Shown: positions 11,761 to 25,519, counted from the first letter of the stretch. The stretch: DNA of 64,000 nucleotides from Paraspadella gotoi (GCA_051294375.1 CM119266.1:9742538-9806537); one strand, 5' to 3'. Notes: generated by a model not told the origin, from the letters alone. A program made the numbers and translations.

Positions 11761-14700
11761 GATCTGAAACCGAGGATGGTTGGGTCGTCTTCGAATCGAA
11801 TGATCAAAGCGGATGGAAGCCCATCTTCAAGGAGACTAAAGACCCCAGATCCGCCTCCGACGATCCCGAGGACGTGTTCGAACCGCCTCCACTGGCGAAG
11901 GCGGTCGCAATCTCTTCTCGCAAGGACGATCACGACGATAACATCCCGGGGGACGGTAATGGCGACAGCGATGGCGACGGGACAATCGGCGATCCTGTCG
12001 CGAAAAAGGACCTCCCAAATGATGTGATCAAAACTTCCCAAGCACCCCTTGAAGTTGCTCGTCCAACTGGAGACTCTAAAAACAACGACACCCCCATCAA
12101 CACCCCCGACGATGCTATCGGACTCTTGGATGATAAAGCAGCTCGTATCGATGAAATTCCGCCGGATGAAATCTCGACTCCCGGCAATCACAAAGACAAT
12201 GTCCCTGTAAATCATCTAGACAAAAATAAATTACCCAATGCCAATCTCGATAATGACGTTAAATCTCTTGAAAATCTTGACTCCACTGATCATCCAGATT
12301 CTCCAAAAATTGAAGATGCTCTTCCTAAAAAAGACGATAAAGACATCAACAGCTCTATCAAAACCCCCATCATGAATAACGTTTTGCTAAATCCAATAAT
12401 CCCCTTGGAAAATAGTAAAAATAAAGCCATGCCTGTAGAATCTGTAGATGACCCTCGAAATAAAGATTTACCCAACGCTATTGTTGATAATGATATTGAA
12501 CCATTGAACAATTTTGACACTGCTTCTTCCTCGGATTCCCAGAGTGGGCCCAATAAAGCACAAGCTTGCCCACAACCACAGAGAGACTTAGAAGACAATG
12601 ACTGCTTCACTGACACCCCTAAGGATGCTGGCCAACTCGTGGATGATAATAATTCTTTAAAAACAACTTCTGAAACTAAAAGTGATCTCCCCACAGATGT
12701 TCCCGTCAATGAAAAACAGCCCAATGCCCAGACTCATAAAAACATGAAAAGTTCAGAGAATGTTGATAATGATAACCTTGATGATGCTAAAAATATGAAG
12801 CCTCATAATGACTCAAAGTACATTAAGGGAAAATCGGGAACAAAAGACGAAGTACCTGATGAAGCAAAAACATCTGGATCACTGAAAAAACGTGATGAAA
12901 AAAAAATAAACACAGAGCTCCGTCCTTTAAAAATCTTTGAGGTTGTCATACCAGTGGTTCAGCCAATGATATCCTCAGGTAAACCGGAACCTGTGAAGAA
13001 AGATAAGGAAGAAGTAAAGAAAGAAGGAATTAAACCAGAAAATGTGAAGAAAAATGATGTTAATAACTCTTCAGAGGTAATTCCCTTACCTTTAGAAGGT
13101 GAAGAGTTAAAAGCATTTGATGAATTAACATCCTCTCTGAGAGATAATGGAAAAATGCCAAGTAGCAGTACCACTTCCCAAAGCAATGATGGCTATTACG
13201 ACTGTAACACAGATTTCAAACAAAATTTGGAGGAAAACGAAGAAACTGTGGAAATTTTTCTTGAAGCTCTTAATCCAATGGAAAATTTAAACTTGAAAAA
13301 TCCCAGTGTTAAACCCGAAATTAAACCCGAAATTAAACCAAAAACTGACAAAAAAAAGAAAAAAGAAAAAGAAACATCCGGAAATTGGATGAACTGGTTG
13401 TTTGGAAAAAATGAAAATAAGAAAAAAGATGATAAAAAAAATGAGAATGGAAAAGAACTTCAGCAAGAGGATATAAAACCTCTAGATACTAAGAATGAAG
13501 CAACTTATGTATTACCTGTATTAAATCTGGACATGAAAAATCTCAGTGACAGAGAATCGGATAATGATGATAATGAAGACGAAAATAAATTTGAAAACCC
13601 GCCTCAGTCTGCAGAGCCTCTTGAATTTGAAGCACAACCCATTTTTATATTGGATGAAGCTAAATCAAATAAACCAACTGAAGATGATTCTGTAAATGAT
13701 TGGCGCTTATCTAATAACACTGAAAAACCTAAAAATGGAGAACTGAATTTAAAAGACATTTTAACTAATATTCCTAAACCCATAACTTTGAAAAATCCTC
13801 TGCATGATATGTCCACCATTCCCGATAAAGATACTAAAAAATTTCAAAATGAAGAAAATGAAAACCTTGAACCTTTATTGCAACAATACAACCCTCCTGA
13901 AAATAAAGTTCCGATATTAAAATTTATAAATCAAAAGGAAATTGATGATTCAGAAGAGAAAGAAGATAAAGTAGAAAAAGAAGAGAAAAAGGAAATAGAA
14001 GAAAAAGAAGATAAAAATGAAAAAAATATCATGGGAGAGGGAATGAAAGAAGACTTTCCTACTAATATCGGAAAATCGGAAAATCCTCAGCAAGATATTT
14101 TGACCTTGCCAGATGAAGATCCGGAGAAATTTCAAACTGAAGAAAAGAAAAATCTTGAAACTTTAGTGAAACAACATAACTCTCCTGAAATTGAACTTCC
14201 AACATTAAAGTTCATAAATCTAAAGGAAAATGATAGTTCAAAAGAGAAACAAGAGAGAGAAGAAAAAGAAGAGGAAGAAAAAGAAGAAGAAAAAGAAGAG
14301 AAAAATGAAAAAAATATCATAGGAGAGGAATTAAAAGAAGAATTTTCTACTATTATTCCTAAACACATTGCTTCGGAAAATTCTCAGCCAGATGAAGATT
14401 CGGAGAAATTTCAAACTGAAGAAAATAAAAATCTTGAACCTTTAGGGGAACAACATAACTCTCCTGATATTGAAATTCCAACATTAAAGTTCATAAATCT
14501 AAAGGAAAATGATAGTTCAGAAGAGAAACATGAGAGAGAAGAAAAAGAAGAGGAAGAAAAAGAAGAGAAAAATGAAAAAAATATCATGGGAGAGGAATTA
14601 AAAGAAGAATTTTCTACTAATATTCCTAAACACATTGCTTCGGAAAATTCTCAGCCAGATGAAGACCCTGAGAAATTTCATAATGAAGAAAATGAAAATG

Positions 14701-17700
14701 TTGAACCTTTAGTGGAACAACATAACTCTCCTGAAATTGAAGTTCCAATATTCATATATCAGAACAAATTTGATAATTCAGAAAAAATAGCAGTCCCTGA
14801 AGATAAAAATGTAGAAAAAATCATAGAAGAGGGATCAAAGGATGAAAATGTTTTTGAAAGAGAAGCAGAAGAAAAACAAGATGAAATAATCCCTTCAAAG
14901 AAAAATGAAGAGAAAAAAACCCTGAAAGATGTTAATCAGCATGATTTCATGCCTAAGAAAGAGATTATAATAGAGTTTGAGGCATCAAAACCATCTGAAG
15001 AAGAAGAAACTAATTCTCCTGCAGAGTTACTACTTACCCCCCCTAATTTAAGTCTGCCTATGTCAAAATATTCGGAGAATGAGGCAAAAACAAAATCTCC
15101 ATCAAAAGATAAAGAACAAAAAGATAGCACATCAAAAGAAAATAAGATTCCTGAATTATCTCAGCCATTAAATGCCAATGCCATTCCAATTGAAGATAAT
15201 GCAGCTGTTGATGAAGAAAAAAATTTTAATTTCGCCCCACATATAGAAGTTGATTTACCAATTTTTAGATTACCAACGTTAGAACTTCCTGAAGATGAAA
15301 AAACCCAGATTCCTCTTCTCCAAAATGATGATCCTAATGAACGCTCCCTTCCTGATTCTGAGGTTATTTTAACAGAAGAGAAAGATAATAAAGACGAACC
15401 AAATTCTGAATATCCACCTTTAAAATTTGATTTGCCGGATATTAGCTTATCAAGACCAGATAACGTTAACATTGAAGAAAGAAAAAAGAATAATGGGGAT
15501 GAACCAGAAGCTAATCCACGAAGTGTGGGTGCAAACCAAAATAAGAATGATAATGATGAAGAAAGAAATTATGTTAATCCAATTTTAGTATTTCAGTCGC
15601 CTGATTTTAACTTTCCTTCATTAAAAAAGTATGATGGAAACCAAGTAGAAAAACCTTTACAGAAAAATGAAGGCCTTGAAGATGAATGCAAGATCCAAGC
15701 TATATCTGAGCCATCCGATTCAATTGTTATTCCCACCACGGAAGATAGAACTCAAAACGACGGAGACGTGCCAGTTTTAAAAATTGATTTACCTGTATTT
15801 AGCTTGCCACCTTTAGACTTAGCTGAGAAGGTAGAAACAAACGAAAAGCCACAGAACTATGATGAACAAGAATTTGGTAGCCAAAAGGAGGATGTAGAAG
15901 CAGCTTTAAATGTTGATTTTCCTGATTTAAGTTTGGAGAAAGAACAAGCAGATATTATGCCTCAGAAAAGCAAAGTAGAGCATCATGACCCTCAAGAAGA
16001 TGAGAATAATCAACATTACATCTATGAACCCTTCGCAGAAAAAATGCTTTTAAGTGAAGTACCCAAAAATTTTGATGTAAAATCTGCTGGGGAACCAGTA
16101 TTTGAATTAATTCAAAATGCCACAACTGAATCAAATGAAAAAAAAATAGAGGTTTCTCGTCACAAAATAGATGAAGACCGTGAACGTGATATAAACAGAG
16201 AATTAAAACCATCTACAGAAAATTTTTCCAGTGAAACAGATGAAGATGATGATAAAAATACTAAATTAAATACAGAACCAGATTTAAAATTTTATTTTCT
16301 CGATTTCAGCTCACCAAGCTTAATATTAAAACCTGATAATGAATTATCAGAGGAAGCCACTTTAAAAAATAGTCATAATAAAGATTCAGATAAAGATCCA
16401 GATAAAGATTCAGAAACAGAGGAACCATTCCCTGAAAATCTTGACAAAGAAGACAATGCAAAAAAATACCATACTGATGAAGCCAATTTCAAATTTAACA
16501 CAGCTAACTTTAGCTTGCCAGACTTCTCTTTGAAAAAATTTGAGGAAAAAGAACATGTAAATCCTCCAAAGGGAGATGAATATGATGGAAAAAAAATCAA
16601 AGATGTAGATGAGAATATTTTAGAGATAAAAAAAATCGAAACAGATAAAGATGAGAATGATCTAGATTTTAGGGTACCTAATTTTCAATTGCTTGAAAAG
16701 AAAAGTGAAAGTGAAACACCTAGCGTAGACAAAGATGTTTTTAAAGAGCCTATTACTGAAACTGAAGTAATTGTTAATGAAAATGATAATGTTCTCTTTC
16801 AATTACCTAATTATCTTATACCTAGCTTTGAATTAGAATCATCTACTGAAGATAAAAAAAGCCCTTCTAGTCAAACAACTCGTGATGAAAAAGATAGAAT
16901 GGAAAATGAAAGTGAAAAGCCTTTCTCAGAATATCTGGAAACACAACCAAGCAAAGATGAAGAAATTCCCCCTCAACTGGAGAATAAAAATAATCTGTTT
17001 AAATTACCAGATTTTAATTTTCCTTATGTAAATTTAGAAAAGCCGGAAAAAGAAAATGAAAATGAAAAACCTGAATCCGAAACTGATGTAAATTCTGAAC
17101 TAGAAAAAAGTAAAAAAGGATTAGATTTTAATTTTCCTAATTTAAATTTGCCAAGCTTCAAGTCTCAAGATTCTACAGATCTTATGGAAGATAAACCCAA
17201 AAATCTTGGCATTGATATAAAGGACTTTGATGATGAAAGACAAATTTCTAAACAGCCTGATTCGAATTTACCATCAGTGAAGTTAGGTGAAAAAGCAAAA
17301 CCTGACAATGAAGATTTCAAAACAGATATCAAAACAGATATTTTTAAAGGACCTGAATTTAATTTACCTAAAATGAATTTTTGGGATTCTGATAAAAAAT
17401 CAGAAGAAAATAATGTTGAAGCAAAAAGCAATCAAGGCTTACAATTTAAATTGCCTGATTTTAAGTTGCCTAACTTTAAGGATAAAAATTCAGAGGAAGA
17501 AATAAATACTGAAGAAAGTATGCAAAAAGCTAATAATAAGAATGATGAAGAAAAGAATGAACTGAATATTAGTGAAACAGAGAAAAAACCTGAAGATGAC
17601 CTAAATGATAAAGATTTATCAGTATATTCGGAAGTAGCAGGTGTGAAAAAAGATCCTCAAAAAGAAAGCAATGAAAAACTATTTAAATTACCTAGTTGGC

Positions 17701-20700
17701 CTTTATCAATATTCACAGAAAATTCTCAACCACAAGAAATAAAAGAAGAAAAACCTAAACCAGAGGAAGAAAAAGCAGACTCTACAAAGGAAAAAGAAAC
17801 AAAATTTCCGGAAGAACAACTTGATATTAAGCATGAAAAAAATCAGAATCTGAAAGAAACTAATGACTCAAAATCATCTGAGAATGTACCCGGTGTGAAA
17901 GACAGCAACGAAACACTATTTAAATTACCTAGTTGGCCTTTATCAATAATTAAAGAAAAATCTCAACCAAAAGATGTTACAGTTACAGAAGAAGAAAAAA
18001 TACTTCCTGAAGAAAAACCTTATATTAAGGATGATGAGGAAAATCTGAATCCAAAAGAAACTAGCGATGATACAAAATCATCTGAGGCCAAAGTAGGTGT
18101 GAAAGAAGACCTTAATAAAGACAGCAACGAAACACTATTTAAATTACCTAATTGGCCTTTATCAATATTTAAAGAAAAATCTCAACCAAAAGACGCCACT
18201 AATACTCAGGAAGAAAAAGGTGAAAAAGAAACAAAACTTCCTGATGAAAAACCTGATTTTAAGGATGATGAAGAAAATCAGAATCCAAAAGAAACTAGCG
18301 ATAAAACAAAATCATCTGAGGCTGTAGTAGGTGTGAATGAAGACCCTAATAAAGACAGCAACGAAACACTATTTAAATTACCTAATTGGCCTTTATCAAT
18401 ATTTAAAGAAAAATCTCAACCAAAAGATGATACTGATACTGAGGAAGAAAAAGCTAAAAGGGAAACAAAACTTCTTGAAGAAAAACCTTATATTAAAGAT
18501 GATGAAGAAAATCAGAATCCAAAAGAAACTAGCGATAAAACAAAATCATCTGAGGCTGTAGTAGGTGTGAAAGAAGACCCTAATAAAGACAGCAACGAAA
18601 CACTATTTAAATTACCTAATTGGCCTTTATCAATATTTAAAGAAAAATCTCAACCACAAGATGTTACTGATCCAGTGGAAGAAAAAGCTGGAAAAGAAAC
18701 AAAACTTCCTGAAGAACAACTTGATACTAGTAAGGATGATGAAGAAAATCAGAATCCAAAAGAAACAAGCGATGAAACAAAATCATCTGAGGCTGTAGTA
18801 GGTGTGAAAGAAGACCCTAATAAAGACAGCAACGAAACACTATTTAAATTACCTAATTGGTCTTTGTCAATATTCAAAGAAAAATCACAACCACAAGATG
18901 TTACTAATAATGAGGAAGAAAAAGGTGAAAAAGAAACAAAACTTCCTGATGAAAAACCTGATATTAAGGATGATGAAAAACATCAGAATCCAAAAGAAAC
19001 TAGCGATAGTGTGAAAGAAGATCCTCAAAAAGAAGGCAATGAAACACTATTTAAATTACCTAATTGGCCTTTATCACTATTCAAAGAAAATTCTCAACCA
19101 CAAGAAATAAAAGAAGAAAAACCTAAACCAGAGGACGAAAAAGCAGACTCTACAAAGGAAAAAGAAACAAAATTTCCAGAAGAACAACTTGATATTAAGC
19201 ATGAAGAAAATCAGAATCTGAAAGAAACTAATGATTCAAAATCATCTGAGGATGTACCCGGTGTGAAAGAAGACCATAATAAAGACAGCAACGAAACACT
19301 ATTTAAATTACCGAATTGGCCTTTATCAATATTTAAAGAAAAATCTCTACAACAAGATGATACTGATGCAGTAGAAAAAAAAGCTGGAAAAGAAACAAAA
19401 CTTCCTGAAGAACAACTTGATACTAGTAAGGATGATGAAGAAAATCAGAACCCGAATAAAACTAGCGATGAGAGAAAATTATCTGAGGATGTCAAAGGTT
19501 CCCTTGAAAATCTGTCTTCTGAGGTTTCAGGATTGAAGGAGAAGCCTGCTCCAAAAAATCCTATCCTCAAATTTTTAACTAATCCTGATAAACAACTAAA
19601 TAAGGTTGCTTCTAATAAAAAAAAAAAGTCTATTCCTAGGCAAGAATCGAAAAATGGGGCAGGGGTATTCCTTAATCCTAACAGAGATGATACAAAACTA
19701 GATGAAAAAGAAACTCCGTCTGAAAAATCGACGCTGCTCCCAAAGTTGATGAAAGAATCAGGTTTCAAAGAAAAGCCAACCTACAAAAATCCAATCCGGA
19801 ATATTTTTGGTAATTCTAATAAACCTAAAGCAAAAGTCGCTTTAAATGGAGAAAGCAAGCCTTTTCATAGACAAGAATCAAAAAATGGGGCTGGGGTATT
19901 TCTAACTTCTAACGAAGATGATACAGACCTTGATAAAAAAGAAACTCCGTCTAAAAAATCTGGGCTGTTACCCGAGTTGACCAAATTTCTTAACCCACAA
20001 TCAGATACAAACAGTGAACAAACAGGCAATTTAACCAATGAGAATGATGACAAAGCTTTGAATTCAACTGGCAAACCAATTGAAGAAGACAATACTTGGT
20101 TCAAGTTGCCAAATTGGAAGTTACCTTACTTAAATAGTGAAGATAAAGCTGATAAAGACCAACAAGAACTTAAGAAAAATGGGGATGACAAACTTTCGCA
20201 AACAGCCAGAAAAAAATTTAAAAAGAGGGCCAAAAAGCTTAAAGACAGTAAAAACCAACTCTATAAACTAGATGAAATATCCGAACATTCCACTGGACCG
20301 AATTCTTTAGAATCTTCTGACAGAGAGGTTGAAACAATTGACGTTGCCCCAACTCTCCAATCGAAACCTCTTTCACTCGAGCGAGCTCTCATTTTGGAAT
20401 TCGGTGAGGAACAGAAGGAAAAAAATGACAACTTGGAAAATGTCAAGCCGGGAAACGGAGAGGATCGAGAATCCGACCAGTCTAAGGAACATCCTCTCGT
20501 TCCAAAGTCAGAGAACGAGATATCTCAAACGCTACCAATTGTAGAAGATGATAAACAAGATCGGACTGAAGATTTGAACGAGGCGGAGAAAAATAAGGAG
20601 AACAATGAAAATGAAAAGCCGAATCGAATGAAGTATCCTTCGTTGAAAAATATTTTTGGAAAAGCTTATGACTCATTGTCGAAACTGACGAGTTTCGATG

Positions 20701-20795
20701 GCGCCGAAGAAGAGGACATCGTTGGACCGACCCTAGCGGTCAATTTAGAACTCGATGAAAATGAGGATTACAAGACTGTCATTTCGCGGTGGTGA
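11761..20795 (+). CDS. 9,035-nt giant terminal exon of gene B: acidic disordered repeat protein of about 3,040 aa in total, paralogue of gene A
   Basis: Strong acceptor (t-run)cccccgacag| at 11760. The frame is open from 11763 (SETEDGWVVFESNDQSGWKPIF...) into the listed 2973-aa ORF. It contains FKLP(D/N)(W/F) motifs and the C-terminal SLKNIFGKAYDSLSK, which matches gene A's SLKEAFGRAFASLSR. Confidence 0.9.
14100..14760 (+). repeat. In-frame tandem repeat of about 90-97 aa (PDEDxEKFQTEE...QHNSPEIExPTLKFINLKENDSS...), about 2.4 copies plus a diverged upstream copy
   Basis: Visible in both DNA and translation. Confidence 0.85.
17640..19470 (+). repeat. In-frame array of eight units of about 70-85 aa anchored on NETLFKLP(N/S)WPLSIFKEKSQP
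   Basis: Eight anchors counted in the translation. Units 1 and 7 share a distinct spacer (QEIKEEKPKPE.EKADSTKEKETKFPEEQLDIKHE). Confidence 0.9.
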
Positions 20796-21305
20796 TCGAA
20801 ATTGTGATATCAGAATGAAAAAAACAACAAAAAACTTTCGATATTCTTGACCCTGTTTATAAGTGTTTATCAAACTAAATCTCATATTAGGAATTTAAAT
20901 GTACAAATGTTTTTATATACTAATAGATGCTTATTTTTATTTGACTATCCCTGCTTTACTTTGTTTAGTATTATGTAGACTATGCATTATACAATTAACC
21001 AAGGCAAAATGCCATCTTTCATAAGCTAATTTTTAGCCGGCATTATTTTTAAATATTAAAATATTTTTTATTAGTATTTAGATAACTCCGATTTTATCCT
21101 TTTCAGTTTTCCTTAATTCGATTTGCTTTTCATAATCGATTTTATGAATTTTGTTTTTTAACTCTTTGTTTCAGACTCACCCTATCGTCTGCCTCGAAAA
21201 ACCATAAAAAAGAACAAATCCTTTAACTGTATATCATTAAAAACTAAGGTTGTCATCATTTAAATCTCAATAGACTCAAAATATACTTTTCTTTGTCATT
21301 CTTAA

Positions 21306-21875
21306 TTGAGTGACAAAGATATTAGTAGTGAAAGAGACAGCTTGTTTGAGCCAAGCAAAGAATTGGTATCTTTTTTTAGATCAAGTAACTGTTTGATAAA
21401 TGCCTTGTTAAAACCTTCAGAGGAATTATTGATGAAATTGTATTATACTAACTGTGTTCCGGTTCTCCTTTATGGTTGTGAAGTAAAAACTTTTTCTGTA
21501 CGTAATATGAATAGACTTAATGTTGCTGTAAATGATGGTGTACGAAAGATTTTTGGATATAATCGATGGGAAAGTGTGAGAGAACTTAGGAGTATGTTTG
21601 GATACCACGACCTATCTACAATTTTTAATAATCGTAAGAAAACCTTTATCTCAAAGATATATACAATGAAAAATACTGTTCTTCAGAAACTTGTTCCATT
21701 TTTTACAACATAAGAACAATTTTTAATTGTTTAAATTTTAATTAATTAATTTTATTTAATTAACTGTTTTTTTTTCTCTCTATTTTATGTTTTTTGCTTA
21801 GACTTAGACTGTCTTTGTTTGTTTGTTTGTTGATGATGATTGTACTGAATCAACCTCGTTGTATTCGAATAAAAT
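21306..21875 (+). mobile_element. 5'-truncated non-LTR retrotransposon (LINE) remnant: C-terminal post-RT region plus 3' UTR
   Basis: The ORF contains KLYYTNCVPVLLYGCEV...LNVAVNDGVRKIFGYNRWESV, typical of the region after LINE reverse transcriptase. A T-rich/(tttg)n tail and AATAAA at 21868 follow. Confidence 0.75.
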
Positions 21876-23130
21876 CGCATATTAAGCCCCGTCTTTCTTT
21901 CTCAGTATCCGATTTGTCTTGGTCAAACTCGTCTAACTTCCTAACTGATTAACTTCCTTTTTGAAATTATTTTTGTGTCATTTGAGTAATCTTATTAACA
22001 AAACCATTGCAATCATACAATCGGTGGTTTATTAGACAAGCAATAATGAGCAATTAACTCAACAGAATGTCAAATATGCAAGAAACATCATTTTGGGAAC
22101 ACTAGAATTTTTAAGAATATATGATTAATGAATTCGTTTGTGTATCAAAAAAGTATCACAAGAGGGATAGAAATCGTTAGACAATAATCGAGATCGGGAT
22201 GCGCCAAAAAACTAATTCTCTTTTCAATCTTCGTTTTAGTACTTTTTATTTTCTGAATTTTAAAATTCGTAACAAATCATGTTTATATATATATATATAT
22301 ATATATAAACATCTAATCTAAATATCTAATCTAATCATATGAACTTTTGGAATTGCACTCGTGGTGTTTTACCGTAAAATATTGAAAATCATATTCATAT
22401 AACTTTATCTTTTGTTAACTTAAGGGACAAATCTTAATAATTAACTGGTTCAACTTTTAAAATCGGCACGACTCAAAAGGGAGAAAATATATTACTTAAA
22501 TTAAGTTTAAAAAAACCAAAAAAACTACGAAGCGATGACTAACGAACGCAATCTCGGCATTCACGAGGTTTAACGTTTGACTTTTTTTTTCGGGAAGACG
22601 GATTGTCTAATGGAATAAAAATTTTAACAAAGGGACAACAATGGCGTCATTAAAACGTCACCACGCACTGAAAGCTACGTTTTCCTTTGAAGACCTACGG
22701 AGATTAAAAAATCAAATTGGAAAGATAAAGAGCGAGAAAAAGAGAGAGAGATAGAGAGAGAAAGAGAGATAACAAACGTACGAACGAACACTTTTTCCTA
22801 ATTAAAAAAAAAACTACGTTGAGTAGCACATTTATGATGACGTCACCACAAACGCGTTTTTGTTTTTGTTTTTTGTTTTTTTTAGTTTTCATAAAACAAA
22901 GAAACAAAAAGAACAACAGTCGTGAGTAGGGGAGTTTCTTTTTCTTCAGAGGAAAAAAAAAATCAGGAAAAAAGAAAAGAATAGAAAAAATAATAACCGA
23001 AAGACCGCAATTAGACGCGATTTGGCTTCTTTTTTAAAATTTCCTTAAAATGTTCGCTTGACGTTTTTCTTTTTTTCCTGGTTTCTCCATCGTTGCAGAT
23101 GGTCATTGGTAATTGACCATTGGTGATCGG

Positions 23131-23238
23131 TCAAGCCTGAATCTGGCCGAGGCTCTTGCATCCTTCCTCAAGGGCTAGAATCCGGAAGACGGCTTCCGCG
23201 TCCACATGAGTGCCGTTTGAACAGTCATGGATGATTTC
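23131..23238 (-). CDS. Ig receptor last exon (EIIHDCSNGTHVDAEAVFRILALEEGCKSLGQIQA*): end of the EF-hand-like domain
   Basis: Acceptor ctctccaccag|, phase 0, 36 codons including TGA. Confidence 0.8.
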   Translation of the reverse strand, partial: EIIHDCSNGTHVDAEAVFRILALEEGCKSLGQIQA

Positions 23239-23616
23239 CTGGTGGAGAGAGATGATAAGGGGAAGATAGGAGATGATTTACAGATGATTTAGGGATGGTT
23301 GAGATATGAGAAGAGATAATTCAGAGAAGTTTTAGATATAAAAATAATAGATTAAAAAAAATAATAAAAAATAATTGAAAAATGATTAGAAAAAATAGAG
23401 AAAATCTATATAAGAGATGAGTTTAAAAATTAGGAAGATCTAAAGAGAATTAGTTTTAAAGTAAATAAAATATTATAGTATATAATAAAGTAAATAATAG
23501 TGAAATAGTAAATAATAACTTTAAATTTATAAAATTCACGGAATTCATGTAAAAAATAATCAATAGTTTAATCATTAAACATCAATAAACTTTAAATCCT
23601 TTTAAATTACCCGCAC

Positions 23617-23837
23617 CTTAACCCTTGAAGTAGGGATTTGGAGTTGATAAAGTCGGTTGTAGTGGTCGACCAGCTCGGTGGCCTCGGCGACGGTCAGACA
23701 GCCGGACTGCTTGGCCTCTCCGGCGCCGGCGGCGTTGGAACAGGTCTTCAGCGTGTCCATCATCTTCACGAAGCCGGAAATCCGCGAGGGCGTCGAGGAA
23801 GGGTCCGCGTCGAAGGTGTCCTGACCGCCTTCCAATC
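23617..23837 (-). CDS. Ig receptor exon: C1orf87/DUF5580 C-terminal-like degenerate EF-hand domain (ISGFVKMMDTLKTC...SGCLTVAEATELVDHYNRLYQLQIP)
   Basis: Acceptor ccactag| (phase 1) and donor |gtgcgg (phase 0; an alternative in-frame |gtaatt lies 6 nt further). GC-rich codons. Confidence 0.8.
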
Positions 23838-24265
23838 CTAGTGGTTAATATTGTTAATTATTAGAAATGACCTAATTTATCGCATTTGTAAGCATTTGTA
23901 AGCATTTGTAAGCAATTAACGCTGAGCTTGACATTGACTAAGAAAGCTAAAAAATATTCTTCAATTCATACATGTTCTTTCTCTTTTTCTCTCCGAGTAA
24001 TTTTTGATTACTTTTTTGTTTATGTTGGTATTTTACAATTGATGATGATTGACATGGCGAATTATCTTGCCATTTTTTTTTGCGTTTAGAACTCTATATA
24101 TGTATGCATTTTAAATTTGTACTACTAACGATATCAGAATAGTTCATTCATTCAATATATAGGCTATCTTGCCCCTGACTTGCCCCCGACAGGCTATACT
24201 GATGAATTCTCACCAAATATTATTCATTATTCACCAACTCGCACACTCACTCACTCACGACTCAC

Positions 24266-24409
24266 CGATTCTGTATTTGTTGTCGTGCGCGAGGTATTCG
24301 CCGTAGCGAGGCGGCGGCGAATCGGGAGAAGATTGACGCGAGGATCGAAGCGACGAAGACGATGTCGATTTGTGGGGGTGTCGACGACCCGTTGCGCAGC
24401 CGGTTCGAC
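24266..24409 (-). CDS. Ig receptor cytoplasmic exon with PPxY motif (SPDSPPPRYGEY)
   Basis: tgtccag|...|gtgagt, 144 nt, phase 1 to 1. Confidence 0.78.
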
Positions 24410-24485
24410 CTGGACAGCGTTGGGTATGGAGGTGTGTGAGGCTTGTCTGGATTGCTTTCTTTCTCTGTTTGTTGGTTTTTTTTTT

Positions 24486-24574
<89 letters not shown>

Positions 24575-25400
24575 TAGCTTTCTTTCTCTGTTTCTTTTTC
24601 TCCCTCTACCTTTCTATCCCTTTTTCTCTTAATCTCTTTCTCTCTCTCCCTCCAACTCCACGTTTATCTCTCTCTCTCCTTTCCCCCTCGTCCTCGCCCC
24701 ACTCCCTCTCCCTCCCCCCCTCTCCCCCTCTAAACCCAACCCTCTCCCTAGACGTATATCGTTTATATTAATCTCCCGCTATTCGCTTAGAGCGGGATTC
24801 ATTATCTCTGCTTTGAAAAATTATAATTTGTTTTGCGGCCCGAGGCCAAAAATAAATAATAAGCTCCGAGTTATTACGCCGCGGTAAAGAATAACAATGT
24901 TATATATATTTTTTTAAAGTCTTTTCCGGAAAAAAAGTTTTTAACAGGCGTTCTGGGATCCAAGTTTTAGAAAATACTGTCATAAATATGCGAGTATCTT
25001 TGTGCAATATAATGCGAATATGATAAGGTTAAAATATTTTACTCTCTTAACGGTAAACAAACTGGAACGCTTCTAATGAGTTCTATAGTTGTTACTTTCT
25101 ATTGAATATATAAAAGATAAAAATAATAAAATGTTTTGTAAAAATTGTAAGGATACAAAAACATCGGCACTATTTTCCTAAAGTGCCATTTTTCTGTTCC
25201 TTAATCCCTGAAGTTAATTTTAATCCTAATCTATTACCAAATAATGAATATTTACCAGAAAATATTTAGTTTTAAAAGCAGACCCAGAATGGTATCTAAT
25301 TAAGTCGCGTTCGCGACAAGAGAAACATTTTTTTTTTGGAGACGTCGCATCTCATCGCCAACGGCATCGCGTGTATCCAAAAAAAAGCTTGAAAAGATGA

Positions 25401-25519
<119 letters not shown>

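Noticed and set aside
204-20676. Many minus-strand S/F/L-rich ORFs opposite the giant exons
   Set aside because: They are antisense shadows of E/K/N-rich coding sequence, with no independent signals.
1-20795. Assigning the symbol AHNAK or PRX
   Set aside because: Only short-motif and architectural similarity; no PDZ domain or 128-aa AHNAK unit is visible.
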